A stretch of DNA of 64,000 nucleotides from an uncultured virus (IMG/VR IMGVR_UViG_3300037408_000925) (IMGVR_UViG_3300037408_000925); one strand, 5' to 3'. Positions 21,881 to 32,953 are shown, counted from the stretch's first letter. A program made the numbers and translations. The notes: generated by a model from the sequence alone, not told the origin.

Positions 21881-21923
21881 ATATATATAATACGTATAAT
21901 AGTTTATGAGGAGGATTTTTCTA

Positions 21924-22409
21924 ATGAATGATAAATCAATTAAAGGGATTCTTGAAGGATTACAAGAAGTTAGAGTAAATGAAGAAAAAATACCTACAAA
22001 CCCTAAAGATTATAAAAAATATATATTAGATACTTATGGAGAAGCTCTTATTATGGGTGATGGAACAAACCCACTATATGATAAAGGTATAGAACATGTT
22101 AAAAAATTAGCTAAAATGGAAAAGAAAAACTATAAAGATGTTCTTAATTCTATCATTAACAAAGTCCCTACAAATGAAGAAGTTTACTCTGGAAGCTCTA
22201 CTATAAGGAAAAAAAATATTTCTTTTGATGTGTCTTTAAAAACTTTATATATAAGTGCTGAAAAGGACTATAAGGATATAGAAACCCTAATAAATGATTA
22301 TAAAGGTAATGAAACCTTCAAAAATGTTTTACCTCTACTTGGAGATTGTAAAAGACGCTACCAAGAAATAAAAGAACTTATTAACCAGATTGGAAAAGAA
22401 CTAAGCTAA
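21924..22409 (+). CDS. Hypothetical protein, putative virion/internal protein
   Basis: RBS GAGGAGG; N-terminal ILEGLQEVRVNEE. Confidence 0.55.
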   Translation: MNDKSIKGILEGLQEVRVNEEKIPTNPKDYKKYILDTYGEALIMGDGTNPLYDKGIEHVKKLAKMEKKNYKDVLNSIINKVPTNEEVYSGSSTIRKKNISFDVSLKTLYISAEKDYKDIETLINDYKGNETFKNVLPLLGDCKRRYQEIKELINQIGKELS

Positions 22410-22425
22410 GGGAGTGGTTATATAA

Positions 22426-23346
22426 ATGAATAAAAAATATGAGTTTGTATATAGTGATACAAAAAAAGTAAATAGTAGCACAGTAACAAGAATAAGAGCC
22501 CTAGTAAAATTTAAAAGTGTTAAAAAGGCAGGGGAGTTAGGTGGTTATATAGAGAAAGAATCTAACCTATCTTCTGTGGGAGATTGTTGGGTATATGATG
22601 ATGCTATTGTTTGTGAAGATGCCAAGGTATATGGAAATGCTTTGGTAACAAATAATGCCATTGTATCAGGAGAAGCTGAGGTATTTGATGATACAATAGT
22701 TTCTGATAATGCTAAGGTCTATGGAAAAGCCCGTATATATGATCATGGTTGGTTAATGGCTAAGTCTGTTGCTTATGGAGAAGCTAGAGTATATGAAAGT
22801 GCTACATTAGAAGGGAAAGCTAGGGTATATGGAAATGCTCAAATATTTAGAAATGCTAGTGTATATGGGGAAGCTTGGATAGCTGGAGAAGCTCTAGTCT
22901 ATGGAAGAGCAAAAGTATATGGAAAAGCTAAGGTATATGGAGAAGCTAAGGTATATGGAGATGTTAGAGTATATGGAGAAGCTAAAATAGATGGAAATGT
23001 TTTTGTATTTGGAGAAGCTCAGGTATCAGGAGAAGCTAAAGTATTTGGAAAAGCTAAGGTATATGATAACGCCAAGGTATATGGAAAAGCTAAGGTATAT
23101 GGAAATGCTAATGTATATGGAGATGTTAGAGTATATGATATAGCTCTAGTCTATGGAGAAGCTGAAGTATTTGAAAAAGCAAAAGTATTTGGAAATGTTA
23201 AGGTATATGGTCGTACTAAAATTTATGGAAATTTAGAAATAGATAGAGGAGAATATACAGTAGGAGACTATGAAGGTGTAACACCTGAAAGAAAAGAGGT
23301 AGCCCCACTCTCAGATTTAAAAGCTAGAGTAAAAGACTTACTATAA
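22426..23346 (+). CDS. Hexapeptide-repeat protein, tagged
   Basis: Family N-terminus, repeats and tag. Confidence 0.85.
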   Translation: MNKKYEFVYSDTKKVNSSTVTRIRALVKFKSVKKAGELGGYIEKESNLSSVGDCWVYDDAIVCEDAKVYGNALVTNNAIVSGEAEVFDDTIVSDNAKVYGKARIYDHGWLMAKSVAYGEARVYESATLEGKARVYGNAQIFRNASVYGEAWIAGEALVYGRAKVYGKAKVYGEAKVYGDVRVYGEAKIDGNVFVFGEAQVSGEAKVFGKAKVYDNAKVYGKAKVYGNANVYGDVRVYDIALVYGEAEVFEKAKVFGNVKVYGRTKIYGNLEIDRGEYTVGDYEGVTPERKEVAPLSDLKARVKDLL

Positions 23347-23361
23347 AGGATGTGACATTCT

Positions 23362-24174
23362 TTGAATGATAAATATAAACTTAGATTAGACATAACAAAA
23401 ACATTGATGGGTAAAACCTTATATCGAATAGAATCTAGAATACCTTTAAGAAGTGATGTTCTTGCTGGAGTATTAGGTGGTTGGGTTGAAAGTGAGTCTA
23501 ATCTCTCTGATTCTGGATACTGCTGGATTTATGATAATGCTATGGTAATAGGAAATGCAAGGGTCTATGATAACGCCCTAATAAGAGACACAGCCCTAGT
23601 ATGTGATAATGCTAAGGTCTTTAGAAGAGCCTCTGTTTATGGAGACTCTACTGTTATGGACAATGCTGAGGTCTATGATTGGGCTCAGATGCAGGGTGGT
23701 AGTATTTCTGGAAAAGCTCAACTTAGACAAAGAGCTATTTTACATGATGGTAATATTAGAGGTGAAGCTGACATCTATGGTGATTCTAGAATAAGAGGTA
23801 AATGTGATATAAATTCAAAAGCTAGAGTTTTTGGTAATGCCTCCATCAATGGGGAAGTTGAAATAACCGATAATGCTGAGGTGTCTGAAAAAGCTGTGAT
23901 AACTGGTACTGCATACCTCTCTGGAAACTCTAAGGTATACGGAGAAGCTAAAGTATCAGGTGAAGCTAAATTATTTGATAATGCTGAGGTATTCGGTAAT
24001 GCTGAAGTATCTGAGAAAGCTCAAATACAAGAAAAAGCTAAAGTATTTGGAAACGCTGTTATAAAAGGTACTAATATAGTGAAAGGGAGTAGTAAAATAT
24101 CAGGAAAATTAGAAAAAAGAAAAGAAGTAGCACCACTCTCAGATTTAAGAGATAGAGTAAAAGACCTATTATAA
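23362..24174 (+). CDS. Hexapeptide-repeat protein, tagged
   Basis: Ends RKEVAPLSDLRDRVKDLL. Confidence 0.85.
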   Translation: MNDKYKLRLDITKTLMGKTLYRIESRIPLRSDVLAGVLGGWVESESNLSDSGYCWIYDNAMVIGNARVYDNALIRDTALVCDNAKVFRRASVYGDSTVMDNAEVYDWAQMQGGSISGKAQLRQRAILHDGNIRGEADIYGDSRIRGKCDINSKARVFGNASINGEVEITDNAEVSEKAVITGTAYLSGNSKVYGEAKVSGEAKLFDNAEVFGNAEVSEKAQIQEKAKVFGNAVIKGTNIVKGSSKISGKLEKRKEVAPLSDLRDRVKDLL

Positions 24175-24197
24175 AATAATGAGATAGACCTACTATA

Positions 24198-24226
24198 TTG
24201 ACTTTTCTTATAATTTATGGTATAAT
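24198..24226 (+). promoter_or_regulatory. sigmaA-type promoter
   Basis: TTGACT-17-TATAAT with TG. Confidence 0.8.
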
Positions 24227-25034
24227 AAATATAGTAGGTCTATGAGGTAATATAATTTAGGAGGGGATTATTTATGAGAATAGCACGTAGAGAAGAGATA
24301 GTAGAAGGACTTATAAGAAATCTTATCTTGGTGGACTCAACTGAGTTTTCTTCTAAAATGATAACCCTAATAAAGAATAAAGAATTTAAATTTGATAATA
24401 ACCTAGATGACCTTATAATTAAGGTAAAGAGTCTTGAGGGAATTACTTTTAACTCTTCAGATAGAGAGATAGTGATACAGAAATTTAATGAGATGTATAA
24501 TTAAATTTAAAAGGGGTGATTATTTATGATAGGTTCTATATTACATACTTTATTCTTAGGTTACGTATTCTTAGCTATATGGTGGATAATATGCCTACCT
24601 TTTAGATTCTTAAGATGGCTATGGTATTATGATTTGTTTCTAGGTAAATCTGTAAGACCTCAAAAAAGATAAGGAGTGATTCATTTGAAAAAGAAAATAA
24701 AAATTGAATTGCCAGATGGTAGAGTGATTGAAAGAGTTCCAATTACTAAAGCTTGTGGAAACTTCTGCCAACTCTTTGTAACCCTAAACAAGGAAATATA
24801 CAGCATAGGTGATGGTGATGAATACATAAGAGGAGTACCCGATACTTGGAGACTATCTTATAGCTATACCGAAAAGAAATATATAGCCTATTCTGAACAG
24901 GATTCTAAAACTTTTAAAGAAACTATGATTTGGAAAGATTTTAGTCAGGTAAAATAATATCAAACTCCTAAATATTTAGGGGTTCTTTTTTTACCTAAAA
25001 TATTGTATAGTAAGAAAGTAAGAAAGGAGGATTT

Positions 25035-25232
25035 ATGAATTATTTTTCTAGGGTATCATCTAAGGCACAGGTAGTTATACCTAAAGATATAAGAGATTGT
25101 GTTGGTATTGGAGAGGGAGATCTTCTAATGTTTTATGTAGATGATAGTGTAGTAAATCCCTCAGAGATTATAATAAGAAAAATATGTATTGAAAGGAACA
25201 TTCAAAATGAAAACCCTAATAAAGAATCTTAA
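25035..25232 (+). CDS. AbrB/MazE/SpoVT-family small regulator
   Basis: SRVSSKAQVVIPKDIRDCVGIGEGDLL. Confidence 0.8.
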   Translation: MNYFSRVSSKAQVVIPKDIRDCVGIGEGDLLMFYVDDSVVNPSEIIIRKICIERNIQNENPNKES

Positions 25233-25435
25233 TGATGGAACTATTGTAGAAGTAGATATATCCCATCAAAAACACTTCCCTCGTGTAGGTGAATACCTAA
25301 CACTTGAAGGTACAAATTTTATAGTTAATAACCTTAATACAATTATATCTAAAAATGAACCATCTTATACTATCATTCTTGTTGTACCTATTTAGGTAAA
25401 TAATGAGTCTATCTCATTATTTAGGTTTATTGATA

Positions 25436-25464
25436 TTGACATTTATATTAATTTATGGTATAAT
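25436..25464 (+). promoter_or_regulatory. sigmaA-type promoter
   Basis: TTGACA-17-TATAAT with TG. Confidence 0.85.
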
Positions 25465-25515
25465 TAAACTGTGGGGTAATAATGGGGTGTTTTTAATTGA
25501 GAGAAGGGGGTAATC

Positions 25516-26070
25516 ATGTTACTTTATCATGGAAGTCCTAGGAAGTTTTCAGATTTCATAGTTAGTGAGAGTCTTTGTAGACACGATATTCAGACTGTTT
25601 TAACTGAGGGTGTTGGGATATATATGTCTAAAGACATTAAAGTAGCAAAAAGTTATGGGGAGTTTCTTTATACTGTAGAAGTAGATGATACTTCAGTGTT
25701 GGATATGACTAATTCTATAGTAGTTAGAAGTTTAATCACTAAATTCTCAAAAAATTTAGAAGTTTTGGGATTTAACCTAACTAGATATATAAAAGCTTCT
25801 ACTCTTGAGTCAATGGTTTCTGGTATAGTTCTAGGGTCTTTCTCTTGTACTGATATGGCAAGAGAGTTAGAACTCTTACTTGATTGTAATGAGTACTTTC
25901 ATACCAATAATAATAACATCACTTCGATTTATAAAAATCTTCAAAAAACACAAAAAGAGATACTTAGATCTCATATTATTAAATTTAATGATATAAGTCT
26001 TGGCACTGTTTATATTGTCAAGAACCCTAAACTCCTTAAAATCTTGGAGGTGATACACTATGAAGTGTAA
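25516..26070 (+). CDS. ADP-ribosyltransferase-like protein
   Basis: LYHGS...G.GIYMS.....A..YG (H-Y class ART motif). Confidence 0.55.
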   Translation: MLLYHGSPRKFSDFIVSESLCRHDIQTVLTEGVGIYMSKDIKVAKSYGEFLYTVEVDDTSVLDMTNSIVVRSLITKFSKNLEVLGFNLTRYIKASTLESMVSGIVLGSFSCTDMARELELLLDCNEYFHTNNNNITSIYKNLQKTQKEILRSHIIKFNDISLGTVYIVKNPKLLKILEVIHYEV

Positions 26071-26286
26071 AAGAGGTCTAGAAATTAAAGTTCTAAGAAG
26101 TGCTTGTGCCTTCTACATAGGAACTACTGATGAAAGAGGAATACCTAATTGTAAGCTCTCTGGATATTTTTCTTCTGAGGAAAACGCTCTATTTAATTTA
26201 GATAATGGTATTGGTATGGTGTTTAGAGATGAGAATAAACATGTATGTCCTGACTGTACTGGATACACTAAGGAGACAGAGGAAAA

Positions 26287-26646
26287 ATGAAGTTGTGTCC
26301 TAGATGTGGTATAGAAAAACCCTCTACATCTGAATATTTTTATAGGAATAAGCAAACTTATGACGGTCTTCATAGCTATTGTAAGATTTGTAAAAGCAAT
26401 ATTCATAAGGAGTATAGAAAGAATCCTTTTATCCGAGAAAAGATATCAAAAGAGGTAAGAGAATGGCAAAAAGGTATAGGTAAAGAGAAGTATACCCTAA
26501 TAAGAAAAAGATATGATACTTCGGAGAAAAGAAAACAATGGAGACATAGAAGATACATACCTACTCATGGTAGAAGAGATGCAACTTTACAAGAAGCTTT
26601 GGAATGTTTAGAGAGGATAAAAAGAGAGCGTGGGTTAATTGATTAG
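26287..26646 (+). CDS. Zn-finger protein of the HNH-associated type
   Basis: CPRCGIEKP....F.......DGLHSYCKIC. Confidence 0.55.
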   Translation: MKLCPRCGIEKPSTSEYFYRNKQTYDGLHSYCKICKSNIHKEYRKNPFIREKISKEVREWQKGIGKEKYTLIRKRYDTSEKRKQWRHRRYIPTHGRRDATLQEALECLERIKRERGLID

Positions 26647-26664
26647 GAGGAGGATAATACTGTT

Positions 26665-27738
26665 ATGAGAGGTAGTATAGTAAGAGATACACACACTAAA
26701 ATTCTTGCTTTATATGAGCAAATTTCAAAAAGAATACCAGAATTGAGAGGTAAGGACTTAACACCTGAGTCTTTTGACACAGTTAGGATTGTTCAAGATC
26801 TTTTTAAACGATCATCTTTATCTCCACAACATTTAGAAAATGATATTGTAAATGATGATACACCTATAAGAGAGTTAAGCCCTTATGAAAAGGACTTAAA
26901 AGACCTTTATAATTTATTACTCTCATACGGAACATTAACCCCTACACTCTCTGTTGGATCACACTTCCACGTTACTGATAAAAGTTATAGTGATATCGTA
27001 GATAAATCTTTCCATAATATGGACAAATATTCTATTGAAGAACTTAAAAAGATAAATCTCCCTTTTAGGTGTTTCTATATCACATTTGAGGGTACTGAAC
27101 CTAATCAGGATGAAATGGAGTATATAGTGGCTCGTGTTAGTGAGGATAACTCTGTGGTAGATATAAAACTTTTCTTTGGAGAAGTTAAAACCTCTGAAGG
27201 AAGAATTTATTTGGATAGGTTACCTAGAGTATATATCGGGTGTGGAACTCCTTCAAAGAAATGCACTAATTATAATAAGACTATTCGAGATGAGAATACT
27301 TATTGTATGAAAACTATAAGAAATTGTCACACCTGTTTATTAGGGACTCATGTACCAGAAGGAGAAAATAGAACTGTTATACCAAAAGCACAAAAACTCC
27401 TACATATTTTTCTTATCATTTATGAAATAATGAAAAGACTTACTAAATATCCAGAAGTTATAACACGCATACGTCAAGATACTGAAACTAAAAGAACCTA
27501 TGAGAAAACCCATAAGGATACACCTATACAAGATACTATGATTGAAATACATAAAACAACATATAAATACATTGGGTATAGAACACCAACAGACCCTAAT
27601 ATAGAAACACAACCTAGAACAAGTCCTTGTGAGCATTATAGAAGAGGGTGTGAGAGAACATTAAAAAGTGGTAAGGTAATTCAAGTACGCCCCTCTATAG
27701 TTAATAAAGGAAAGCCTAAAAAAACATATAAAGTATAG
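26665..27738 (+). CDS. Hypothetical phage protein
   Basis: 357-aa ORF with RBS GGAGGAGG; C-terminal SP..H.RRG..R motif. Confidence 0.6.
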   Translation: MRGSIVRDTHTKILALYEQISKRIPELRGKDLTPESFDTVRIVQDLFKRSSLSPQHLENDIVNDDTPIRELSPYEKDLKDLYNLLLSYGTLTPTLSVGSHFHVTDKSYSDIVDKSFHNMDKYSIEELKKINLPFRCFYITFEGTEPNQDEMEYIVARVSEDNSVVDIKLFFGEVKTSEGRIYLDRLPRVYIGCGTPSKKCTNYNKTIRDENTYCMKTIRNCHTCLLGTHVPEGENRTVIPKAQKLLHIFLIIYEIMKRLTKYPEVITRIRQDTETKRTYEKTHKDTPIQDTMIEIHKTTYKYIGYRTPTDPNIETQPRTSPCEHYRRGCERTLKSGKVIQVRPSIVNKGKPKKTYKV

Positions 27739-27942
27739 AAAGGAAAAACAAATGACCTTAAAAGAAGCCTCTGAAAGTATTGGAAGAAATGTTACATATA
27801 AACCCTATAAAGATTGTGACCTAAAACTTTATGAGTATGGAGTTATAACAAGTACAAATGACTCTTACGTATTTGTACAATACACATATGATACAAATAG
27901 TAAAGCTACAAGAGCTGAGGATATTGAATTAGGTTAGAAAGG

Positions 27943-28356
27943 ATGATAAAAATGGGTATTATGACCAGAGAAGAATTTTTGAAAGGTATTTTAGAAGATA
28001 AAGTAGTAGACTACAATAACCCTAACTGTATTAACTGTAATGATTGTTGCTCTCTTGGTAGCATTCTTACAGACTCAGAGTATAAAAAATTAAAGAATTA
28101 TTTCACGAATAACCCTAAAGGAAGAAAAATTCATGCTGAGGGTGTAGAACTGATCATATCGTATTATAAAAAAGGTATGTTTTATGCCATGTGTCCTTTA
28201 AGTGACCCTACAACAAAAAAATGTAAGATTTATGATAGAAGACCTAAAATTTGTAGAGATTTTCATTGTAAAAAAGAACTGGATAAATCAGATATAAAAA
28301 AAGAAAGGCTTTACTGTAATAAAACTATAATAGATATATTTTTTGAAAGAGATTAA
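27943..28356 (+). CDS. YkgJ-family CxxCxxCC protein
   Basis: CINCNDCC...CPL...CKIYDRRPKICRDFHC. Confidence 0.8.
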   Translation: MIKMGIMTREEFLKGILEDKVVDYNNPNCINCNDCCSLGSILTDSEYKKLKNYFTNNPKGRKIHAEGVELIISYYKKGMFYAMCPLSDPTTKKCKIYDRRPKICRDFHCKKELDKSDIKKERLYCNKTIIDIFFERD

Positions 28357-29422
28357 TAGAGAACAGGGGAGATTTTAAATGAGTATAGAAGAAAATGCAA
28401 AAAAATTATCAAAGGAAATAATAAGTCTTTTAGATAAGAAGGTGTATCATGAGTAATCTGATAATGTGGTTTCCTTTAAGTATATATCCAGAACAAGTTA
28501 CAGATAAAAAACTTATGTATAATCAAGAATCCTATAACTCCCTAATAGATCAACTTAATAAAGGATTTAATGTTTATAGTTCTCTGGAGAATGGATATCC
28601 TATTATAGGAAAAACTTTGGGAACTAATAGTGGGGGTAATATTGAGATTGAGATTTATGATAAGGATTTTGCTAAAGAAATAAAAATCTTTGGTGATGAT
28701 AAATTCTTTATTGCTACCTATATAGATGGCGATGCTGAAGAAGATGATAGAGGAATAATGGTAGTAAACTCTGCAACATTACTAAGAGTAGCTATATTAC
28801 CTAGATTCTCTCTACCAACTCTTAAAAAGAAAAATTATACAATAGTAAAAGAATCTACACTGAAGGAGACTCTGGTATGAAACATGAGGAAGCTTTTAGA
28901 AAACATATGATTGAGGTAGAAGAAATAACACCAACAGCAGCTAAGAGTAGAATTGCATGGTGTAATAGGGTGTGTCGAGATTATGGTGTAGATATTGATG
29001 AGATTATAACTACAGTGGAGAAAACTCAGGATTTAAGAAGAAAAGTCATGATAAGTCTTTCCTACACAAAAACACAAAGAAAAAATTTCCCTAATGGAAT
29101 TAAGAAATACTATGAGTTTGTTAATGGTATTGTTTTACCTAGAATACCTCGTATGTCTGATTGGGAGTGATACTATGGATTTTTTCTCTTATCTTATGTG
29201 GGTGATTGTAATTGTTCCTTGTGCTTTGATTTTATGTATTTATGTTTGTTGCTTTGTAGGAAGTTTACCTATTATATTTGTTTTATGCCTTCCTTATATT
29301 CTTTATATATCAATTACTAAGTACCCTCTACTACTTATCCTTCTTTTATGTGGGTTAGCTCTATACCCTAAGAAACGTCCTAAGACAGTGTGCGTTGTAT
29401 GGTATAGGAAAGGAGATAAAAA

Positions 29423-29803
29423 ATGGAGATAAAAAAAGGAGATGCAGATGTAGATATGAATAACAAGAAGAAATTATTAGATAAAATAGTAAGGGATAAA
29501 ATACCTGAAATACTTAGAGAAAAAGGAATTAAGTTTACTTATGCTACTGCTGAGGGAAAACATTATATAAAAAGACTTATGAATAAAAAGATATTAGAAG
29601 AAGTTAACGAGTACCTAGAGTCAGGAGAGATAGAAGAACTAGTAGATATAGTAGAAGTAGTCTATATGATACTTAGATATAATGGGATCTCTCTAGAGGA
29701 TTTTGAAGTAATGAGAAAGTATAAAAATATTAAAAAAGGCTCTTTTAATGGTAATATAGTGCTAATGAGTTTAGAAGACAAAAAGGAAGAAGGAAAAAAA
29801 TAA
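29423..29803 (+). CDS. MazG/HisE-like NTP pyrophosphohydrolase
   Basis: KIVRDKIPEI...KILEEVNEYL...EELVDIVEV...KKGSF. Confidence 0.8.
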   Translation: MEIKKGDADVDMNNKKKLLDKIVRDKIPEILREKGIKFTYATAEGKHYIKRLMNKKILEEVNEYLESGEIEELVDIVEVVYMILRYNGISLEDFEVMRKYKNIKKGSFNGNIVLMSLEDKKEEGKK

Positions 29804-29824
29804 ATATTTTGGAGGTTCTATTCT

Positions 29825-30373
29825 ATGAGTGACAAAATGACAAAATGTAAATCGTGTGGACATGAGATTTCAGCAAGAGGAAAAGTAACTTGTCCTAGTT
29901 GTGGTAGGGTAAACAAGAAGCCTATTTATAAAAGGGTTTGGTTTATTATTTTAGTTGTTGTTTTTGGTTTGATTATAGTTGGAAATATGGGAACACCAGA
30001 AAAGTCAGAAATAACACAAACAAGTCAAGGAAATAAAGTTATTGCAACCACAAAACCAATACCTATTGATGTAACAGCAGATGAGTTAAATTCTGCTCTT
30101 AAATCAAATGCACTAAAAGCATCACAAACCTATATGAATAAATATATTAGATTAAAAGGGAAACTATCTGGTATAGATTCATCAGGAAGTTATTTTTCAT
30201 TATCAGATATTAACAGTGATTTTTCATTTAATAATATTAGATGTGATATAGAAAAACAGCACCTTGATATAGTATCAAATTTTAAAGCAAAACAGCTTGT
30301 AAGAGTTGTTGGAACTATAACAGATGTTGGTGAAATTATGGGATATGTTCTTGAAGTAGAAACAATAGAATAA
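29825..30373 (+). CDS. Zinc-ribbon, TM and OB-fold membrane protein
   Basis: CKSC..CPSC, KKPIYKRVWF TM segment, A.EL......N...A...Y..K. Confidence 0.65.
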   Translation: MSDKMTKCKSCGHEISARGKVTCPSCGRVNKKPIYKRVWFIILVVVFGLIIVGNMGTPEKSEITQTSQGNKVIATTKPIPIDVTADELNSALKSNALKASQTYMNKYIRLKGKLSGIDSSGSYFSLSDINSDFSFNNIRCDIEKQHLDIVSNFKAKQLVRVVGTITDVGEIMGYVLEVETIE

Positions 30374-31567
30374 GATTACTTGCTTATACTTACTAATAGA
30401 AAGGCTTACATATGTTTTTATCAAGAGCTTTGACAAAAACTGAATCAAATATTAATACAAAGCATGAACATGTTTGTCATATAGCCAATAGTACAAGTGT
30501 TACCCTTTGTAAAAGATATACCCCTTCTGAGGTACTTTCAGAGAAGTATCTTTTTTATTTGCTTGGAAATATATCTTTGAGGGATTATTTAAATGATATT
30601 TGTTTAGGAAAAACACAGAATCCTAATATATGTAGACTTTGTATTAATACTTATAAAAAACTTGTTAGAACGGATAATGTGTAACTATTTTAAAAGAGAA
30701 TACGTATATTAATTGTATAGAGGTTTTAACCACTGTAAAAATTAAATTGAGAGGGGTAAAAGAAAATGTCAAAAAAATTGGCTTTTGAAAATAATGGAGA
30801 ATTAGCTTTATGTAACTATTGTGGAGAAGAATTAAAGGTGGGGTTGCTTAGTGCGTTTCGGAAAGATAAAGATAAACAAAAATTTGTACTGTGTGGAGAG
30901 TGCCATACCATTTCATTAGTGACTTTTGGTTTAGGTCTTGAAGTTAAAAACTTAGAAAATTTGCCTTCTGAGTCCTCTGATACTTTCTTTACTGCACTTG
31001 CAGAAGCTATAAGATTATTTAGAGAGGTAGGTATTGGTGTGGTAGATAGCCGTCTAATGTCAGAGCAAGACGATCCACACAATGAATGCGAAGAAGATGA
31101 ATACGAAGAAGATGAATACGAAGAAGATGATGTAGCTAAGATGGCTAAGGGTTTTAGAAGGTTATTACTTCTCTTAGGTGAAGATTAAGAGCATTTAAGG
31201 GTAACTTAAAGAGATAAACCTTAAAAAGTTTATCTCTTTAAATATAGATGGGAGACTTTTATGAGAAAATACAAAAATAATATAATAGAATTTAAGAAGA
31301 GAGATAATACTTTTTCAAAAAAAGATGCTCTCCCTAATAAAAGAACTAAATTTTTGGAAAGGATTTTAAACTGTCTAGCTCCTAAATGTATTCTTTGTGA
31401 GAAGAGAAAATTTAGATTGGATATGTATGTAAAAACTCCTATATCTTTGTGTTTTATATGTAGTAGAGCCAATAATATTACATTTATAAAAGAGTATTTA
31501 GTAGTACCTTTTAGAATACCTGAAAATATATTGAGTAAACTTACTTTAGAAAGGGAGTATACAAGAA

Positions 31568-32398
31568 ATGGGTAGAAATAGTATTAACTTATATAATGAA
31601 ATGGGAGTAAGAAAGTTAATTCCTTTTAGAGGTGATATATATTATGTTAATTTGGGAGATGATAAAACTTATGGGAGTGAGCAAAGAGGACAAAGACCTG
31701 CTGTAATACTACAAAATAATAAAGGTAATGAGTTTAGTCCCACAGTTATTATAGCTCCTATAACCTCTAAAGATAAAGGAGTTTTACCTGTACAGGTAAA
31801 ATTAGAGTTTTGGAATGAGAGTGGGCTAACAAAACCCTCTATTGTATTACTAAATCATATAACTACCGTAGATAAAGAAAGATTAGAGAGATTTGTAGGA
31901 ACTTTAAGCCCTTACGATATGGGGAATATAGATAAAAGCTTAAAAGAAAGCCTAGCCCTAGTAGATGAAGATGTAAAAGTAGTAGAAAAAGTAGTAGAAA
32001 AAGAAGTCAGAGTAGTAACTGAGGATAAAAGAACCTTACTACAAATAATAAAGTACATAGAAAATAAAAATAATATAAAACTTATGAATTATCAAAAAAG
32101 CATGATTAAAGGCTTTTTATTAGGTTATAACATCTCTTGTGACCCTCGTATGGGAAAGTCCTTAGTTCTAAATGGAATATCTAATTTCTTCTTGGAACAG
32201 GATATACAACCTTATGAAGCTAACGGTAAATATAAAAAACACTTCCCTATTGACCTTCTATTTAGGGATATGAAGCAGATGAAAGAGAAACAAAAAGGTT
32301 TAAAAACTAATAATACTACTAATAATACTAATAATACTACTAACATCTTACCCAAAAACTCTAAAAAAGAACCTCAAACTGAGAGTGAGGTTGTTTAG
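31568..32398 (+). CDS. PemK/MazF-family endoribonuclease with C-terminal extension
   Basis: RGDIYYVNLG...GSEQ.G.RPAVILQN..GN..SPTVIIAPITS...TVDK.RL. Confidence 0.88.
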   Translation: MGRNSINLYNEMGVRKLIPFRGDIYYVNLGDDKTYGSEQRGQRPAVILQNNKGNEFSPTVIIAPITSKDKGVLPVQVKLEFWNESGLTKPSIVLLNHITTVDKERLERFVGTLSPYDMGNIDKSLKESLALVDEDVKVVEKVVEKEVRVVTEDKRTLLQIIKYIENKNNIKLMNYQKSMIKGFLLGYNISCDPRMGKSLVLNGISNFFLEQDIQPYEANGKYKKHFPIDLLFRDMKQMKEKQKGLKTNNTTNNTNNTTNILPKNSKKEPQTESEVV

Positions 32399-32953
32399 GT
32401 ATATGATTATGATGTAAAACTTGTTGAGGATAACCTTAAATTCGTATCCTTTATAATAAAAAAATATATGATGAATATTTTTCGTACTGCTTATAACTCT
32501 GATTGGGAACATATATATCAGGTAGGTGTTCAAGGACTAATAAAAGCCGCTAAAAAATTTGACCTTAGTAAAGGTACTATTACCACTTTTGCTAATCGTT
32601 TTATTATACATGAGATTTATAAAGAAATACGGTTTATGTCGAAACAGAATAAATATGTGTCCTGCTCTTTAGATGACATTCTCTTTACTAATGATGAAGG
32701 AGTGGGGGTAACTAAAGGTGATACTTTAGAATATCTTGAGTCTGGGTATGATAAAGTTGTTTATAATACCTCAAAAAATAATATAATAAAAAGACTTCTA
32801 CTAAGACTAACAGGACTAAAAAAAGAAATCCTAAAAATAAAAATAGAAAACCCTAAAAGAAATCAAGAAGATATTGCAAAGATATTGGGATGCTCTCAAG
32901 CTACTGTATCTAGAGCCTTACTAGAAGCTAAAGAAATTTATAAAAACTTATGA
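32399..32953 (+). CDS. RNA polymerase sigma factor (sporulation-sigma-like); start codon uncertain
   Basis: QVG..GLIKA.KKFD..KG...TFA; C-terminal HTH QEDIAKILGCSQATVSR. LVEDNLKFVSFIIKKY lies in frame upstream of the first ATG (32468). Confidence 0.8.
   Translation, partial: VYDYDVKLVEDNLKFVSFIIKKYMMNIFRTAYNSDWEHIYQVGVQGLIKAAKKFDLSKGTITTFANRFIIHEIYKEIRFMSKQNKYVSCSLDDILFTNDEGVGVTKGDTLEYLESGYDKVVYNTSKNNIIKRLLLRLTGLKKEILKIKIENPKRNQEDIAKILGCSQATVSRALLEAKEIYKNL

Noticed and set aside
6167..24174. Diversity-generating retroelement acting on the hexapeptide genes
   Set aside because: No reverse transcriptase and no TR/VR pair differing only at adenines was seen.
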